Assembly (NCBI RefSeq): GCF_009914755.1
Contig: NC_060929.1
Length of the DNA: 64,000 nt
DNA from: the human T2T-CHM13v2.0 reference genome, Homo sapiens
Reading direction: 5' to 3' (one strand)
Part shown: positions 55,376 to 64,000 of the stretch, piece by piece
How positions within the stretch are numbered: the first letter of the stretch is position 1
Layout of the letters: each line of letters starts with the position of its first letter
Notes under the pieces: generated by a model
What the model was told of the DNA's origin: nothing
What the model saw: only the letters and a program-made list of their open reading frames with translations
Databases searched by the model: none
Made by a program: the position numbers and the translations under genes

Positions 55376-55735
55376 AGTATTAGTCCATTTTCATGCTGCT
55401 GATAAAGACATACCTGAAACTGGGCAATTTACTAAAGAAAGAGGTTTAATGGACTCACAATTCCACATGGCTAGGGAGCCCTCACAATCATGGTGGAACG
55501 TGAAAGGCACTTCTTACATGGCAGCGGAAAGAGAGAGAATGACAGCCAAGCGAAACAGATTTCCCCTATGAAACCATCAGATCTTGTGAGACTTATTTAC
55601 TACCATGAGTACAGTATGGGAGAAACTGTCCCCATGATTCAGCTTCCTCCCACCAGGTCCCTCCGACAACACTTGGGAATTATGGGAGTACAATTCAAGT
55701 GAGATTTAGGTAGGGACACGAAGCCAAAGACATCA
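55376..55735 (-). mobile_element. THE1 solo LTR
   Basis: GTATTAGTCCATTTTCATGCTGCTGATAAAGACATACC...CCAAAGACATCA, perfect TSD TTACT. Confidence 0.93.
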
Positions 55736-56489
55736 TTACTAAAATAGCTATTTGATCTCTTTTTTTCTCTTGAGGGAACATAATTCTCTTACATCTGGTG
55801 TTCTCTTTGTGTTTCCTCTGTTGTTTTCATTTTCCCTGTAAACCTGTCTTAACTAGCTTTTCAGCATACATGACTCAAACAGGACAGCTACCCCATTCTC
55901 TGAGAAACATGACTTTCCTGATTCAGGACCACCACCAAATAAATGACTCCTAGGCTTTGTATCTCACAATTCAAATTCCACAAAGAAAGAATCTAATCTG
56001 CTCAGCCCATGGTTCAGGTCCAAACAAGGGAAGTGAAGGATCATGGTTGTACAAACCTGGCAAGTGAAGCTGCCTCTTCTTGCTAGAATCATTGCCACAG
56101 GAGGATAGGCCATCAAATAAGAGAATGGCCCAAACATGCCTGTTACATTTATTATGTATCAAGCACCATAATAGATATTATGAATGGCAAAGGATGCTAT
56201 TTAGGAAGACAAAACTCAAACTAGAATTAACGAATGAGATTCGAAAAGAAATAATGAGCATAAAAATTGATAAATTCACCAATAAATTTAAAGTTTGATT
56301 GAGACATTAAACAAAAATATGTAATTTGAGGAAAACAAAAGTAACACGAAATATATTTCTTTTATATTATTATTCTTAAGATAATATTGGAGAGTCTAAA
56401 GTGATTTGATGAATTTGATTATGAATAAAAATATGTACATTACCTAGCACATGTATGTAACTATAATAAATGATTTCTTTGGGAAATTT

Positions 56490-57490
<1,001 letters not shown>

Positions 57491-58982
57491 TATTTCTTGG
57501 CAAGTCATTGTTACCAACATTTAGTAGCAATTTCTCATTTTGAAGAAATAGTTCAGTGTTGATAAAGAAACATTAAATACCTTTTAACATTCTAATTTTA
57601 GTTAAACCACATACCATTCTTCAATTGATTTTTTCTAAAACCTATTTCTGATTATACTATCACAAGTTCGAGATTTTAAATATTTAATACGGATTGTTGC
57701 CAAGTGGAAATTATTTATTCTACTACTATTTTGTTGTACATAGAGGACACTCAGGTTTTTTTTTTAGCAGGTCATATTTGTTATGTAATTAAATTCATTT
57801 AATAAATATCTGCAATTTGCGACACACTGTTGAGATACAAAAGCAACTCAGACATGGCAATGATCTTCAATAGGTTTTGAATCTGTAAAACATTCACTTG
57901 AACTTTATGTAGCTCTGTAACAAAAGAGGGGAAGTAGGAATAATCGAAAGAAAGAGTGACGAGGTTTTGACTGCTTTGAAAAGAACCGAGATTCAGTACA
58001 TCCTCAGAAATTTGGAAATGTTAGGGAATACATAAAGGAATAAAGATTAACCATGTGGACATTGAGAAGATACTAAAAATGTGAAAAAAATATAGATTCT
58101 CATTTATCTAGTGATGAAAAGGTTATTCATTACTTTTCTGAGGGCAATTTCAGGTGAACAGTGAGGACCTAAGTCAATCATAAGAGTATGGAGAGAACAA
58201 CCATAGTCTACATTCAATTGGATTTTATATAAATGGGTAAAGTTGATGGATAAAAGCTGGAACTAACACTATGATTCAGATCACAGTGTATGTGTGTGAG
58301 AGAACATCCATATGTATGTATGTATATATGTATATGTGTATTTATATATTTGTAAGTGTTTATGAAGAATTGAGATAACTGTAGTCTCTAGAGATACTAT
58401 TGTGGCAAGGTCTATCAATTTTCAAAAGGTATTTAGTCATATATACAAATAATAAATAAATATTATCTGCATGTGATAAGACAAGGGGTAATGAAAAATA
58501 AATTGCTGCATGGTTAAGTTAAACTAGAGGAGAAGAAAGGCAGAGTGAATTGATTATTGATGATGTTCTATTTTTCTTGTGAAGAAGCTTTCAAGAATCT
58601 GATGAGGGATTGGAGTCAAGCAAAAGACTGAGAATACCGTGACAAGCAGAAAATTTGAGTTTTTGATAATCCCATATCTGGAAACACAACACAATAGAGC
58701 TCAGGGCTGCCAAAGCAATCAGGACTTGAGAGAGCATGATCCTGGATAAATGGCAAGTACAAAAAAATGTCCAGTGCTCATTAATCTTCTCTCTTGAGGT
58801 AATTGATGAATTCTTAAATTCCTCAAGCTAAGAGGTAAGCATAAAGATTCTAAAAAGCAGAGGGAAGTTTTTGGAAACTTCAAAATGCTGAGAAGACAAA
58901 AAATTATATAGATTAGGAATTGCCAAGGAAGAAGGGCCTTACTAAATGACCCATGCTTTTGGACCTGAAGGGTTATGTCCTA

Positions 58983-59165
58983 GTTGCAATATTATAAGCA
59001 ACGTGGAGCCCTTATGGCATTTTAATTAGGGGATGACATGATTAGATTTGCCTTGTCTAAAGAGTATTCTGCACAGTGAGGCAAATTGGAAGAAGCAAGT
59101 CTTGAGTCTTGAAAGTATTGCAATAATTCTGGCATGATGTGATTAGAGCTTATAAAAAAAAGTTG
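58983..59165 (+). repeat. Local direct duplicate of the L2-derived segment 56871-57222 (without the Alu)
   Basis: Shared GCATTTTAATTAGGGGATGACATG, AGTCTTGAGTCTTGA and TTATAAAAAAAAGT. Confidence 0.88.
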
Positions 59166-59289
59166 GCAGTGGGACTGGTGAAAGGAATTTGAATGAATCA
59201 AAAGTAGAGAATCAACCTTAAAAAAACTGCAACCTAACCTTGGGTCAGCATAGCTCCTGACTGATCTAAAAAGAAAACAGATACCCATA

Positions 59290-60200
59290 TAAAAGGAATA
59301 AAAAGTTATAGACCTGAAATATAAAACAACTGAATTTAATAACTCAATTTTTGTGTTTAACATAAAATGAACATGTCACAAAAGATGGCTAGTGTCAGCT
59401 GAAATGTCAGTTGTTGTTATCCAGGATGAAGAACAGAGGGGAAAATTACTGAAAAACCAGGAAACAGGAAGAAACAACAGGACATGGTTGGAATATCTAA
59501 CATATATTTAACTGGAGTCCTGTAAGAAGAGAACAGGATGTGGCAGATGAAATATTTAAAGATATAAAAACAGATGCTAAGCCCATCACACTAAAACACA
59601 TTGAAAGGCAAAGACAAGGAAGAACACTCTTGATAGCAGACCGAAAGAAAAAACACATAAACTTCACAGGAGCAAAACTAAGAATTGCTTTTTTATTTTT
59701 AGAGATAGGGTCTTTCTCTGTGGCCCAGTGGCATGATATAGCTGACTGCAGCATCAAATTTCTGGGCTCAAGGGATCCTCTCTCCTTGGCCTCCCAACTA
59801 GCTAGGAATACAGGTGCATGCCACCATGCTTGGCTAATTTAAAATAATTTTTTTTGTACACAGGGGTCTTGCTATGTTGTCCAGGCTGGTCTTGAACTCC
59901 TGGCCTCAAGTGATCATCCTGCCTTGGCTTCCCAAAGTCAAGTATTACAGGCATGAGCCACCATCCCCGGCCAGGACTTCCTTTTCAGCAGAAGTGAAGA
60001 AAACCAGAAAACAATGGAAATACATCTTTTAAGTGTTGAAAGAAGACAACTAACTACTTGAAATTTTATAAATGAGTGCAACTATCCTTCAAAGATGAAG
60101 ATGCAATGAAATATTTCCTGACAAAAAAGAGAGAATTATTTAACACCAATTAAATCATACATATTAAAAATACTCAGTTGCATTCCTCAGGTTACAGAAA
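59290..60200 (+). mobile_element. Ancient L1M ORF1 remnant
   Basis: AACATATTTAACTGGAGTCC...GAAATATTTAAAGATATAA and CTATCCTTCAAAGATGAAG. Confidence 0.65.
59689..59972 (-). mobile_element. AluJ
   Basis: GAGATAGGGTCT...CTGGGCTCAAGGGATCCTC...GAGCCACCATCCCCGGCC. Confidence 0.9.
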
Positions 60201-60579
60201 ATCCATAAACCTTAGGATAAAAAACTAATATTTTTCAGGTTTTAGGGAACTTCTGCATCGTAATTATTGTATATATAGTTCATGATACATTAGTATAATC
60301 AGCAAATTGTAAAGATGTCAATCCAGTAATAATTGTAAACACTTTTTTTAGAAGAGAATATTTTCTTTTGGATTTCTTTTGGGCCATTTTATTAGTTGAT
60401 TGTTTGTGTGTTATTTCCCTTTCTCACAAAATATATCAATCTAATGCAAGCCAATAGTGCGGGTAGAAAAATCTTTATTATTATTATTTTTTAAATCATA
60501 ATTTGTTTTTGCCTTATGTTTAGCAGTTAAATACAAAGTCTATAACATCTAACAAGATGTAGTATGTGTCATACAGTAT

Positions 60580-60913
60580 TACTATGGTCTGAGTCTTTGT
60601 GTCATCCCAAAATTCATATACTGAGATCCTAATGCCTAAGGTATGGTATTGAGGTGAGACCTTGGGAGGTGAATCCCTCATACTGCCCTCATAAAAGAGG
60701 CCCAGGGGATCTCGTTTGCTCCTTGTACTATATAATGACTCAGTGAGACGATGCCTTCCATGAACCAGAAAATGGACTCTTACCAGACACCAAATCTGCT
60801 GGTGCCTTAATCTTGAATTTCCTAGTCTTCAGAACTGTGTTAAATAAATTTCTCTTATTTTTACACCACCCCATGCATAATACTTTGTTATAGTAGCTCA
60901 AACTGACTAACCC
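60580..60913 (+). mobile_element. MLT1A/MLT1A0 solo LTR
   Basis: CTATGGTCTGA...CCCAAAATTCATAT...ACCAGACACCAAATCTGCTGGTGCCTTAATCTTG...GTTATAGTAGCTCAAACTGACTAA. Confidence 0.85.
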
Positions 60914-61149
60914 ATGCATGTACAAGAATAATTTTTCCTCCTGCTTTTTAAATAATTTTTCCTACTTTTTTAGTCAACCCTTCTTTAAAAACAAAGTAAA
61001 CAAGCTTAGCTTACTTTTCTTAAAATTTACATTTAAAAATTTTTTATCAATTTTTATAAATTTAAAACGTAGTTTTACACTATACAGTTTATAAACATAT
61101 GCTATGTACATGCAATTTTATTTGTGTATACACAATTATATATATAATT

Positions 61150-64000
<2,851 letters not shown>

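Overview
AT-rich primate genomic DNA, probably human or another catarrhine because AluY is present. It looks intergenic or deep intronic. I find no protein-coding exon, RNA gene or CRISPR array; the ORFs I could assign are decayed L1, MaLR or Alu frames, and the rest look like chance ORFs. Roughly half the window is recognisable interspersed repeat. This includes a near-full-length L1PB carrying two Alus and a MER11 solo LTR, a truncated L1PA with an AluY, a twin-primed 5'-inverted L1PB1, a dense MaLR cluster (two complete MSTA/THE1 proviruses plus solo LTRs), MER50, LTR16, LTR33, MER45A, MER5, L2, MIR, CR1 and several microsatellites. The most striking structure not explained by repeats is at 21.7-24.9 kb, where one sequence I cannot assign to a repeat family occurs three times. 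Copies B (23258-23714, +) and C (24404-24843, -) form a ~435-bp inverted repeat. Copy A (21761-22033, +) is a ~98%-identical 273-bp copy of B inserted into an L2. It has a fold-back scar at one junction and ends at a GAG|GTAAGG splice donor of B at the other. A second local duplication (56.9 kb vs 59.0 kb) preserves the empty site of a tail-less, TSD-less Alu insertion. Repeat subfamilies were assigned from remembered consensus motifs and identities were counted by eye; both need confirmation with RepeatMasker/Dfam and alignment.
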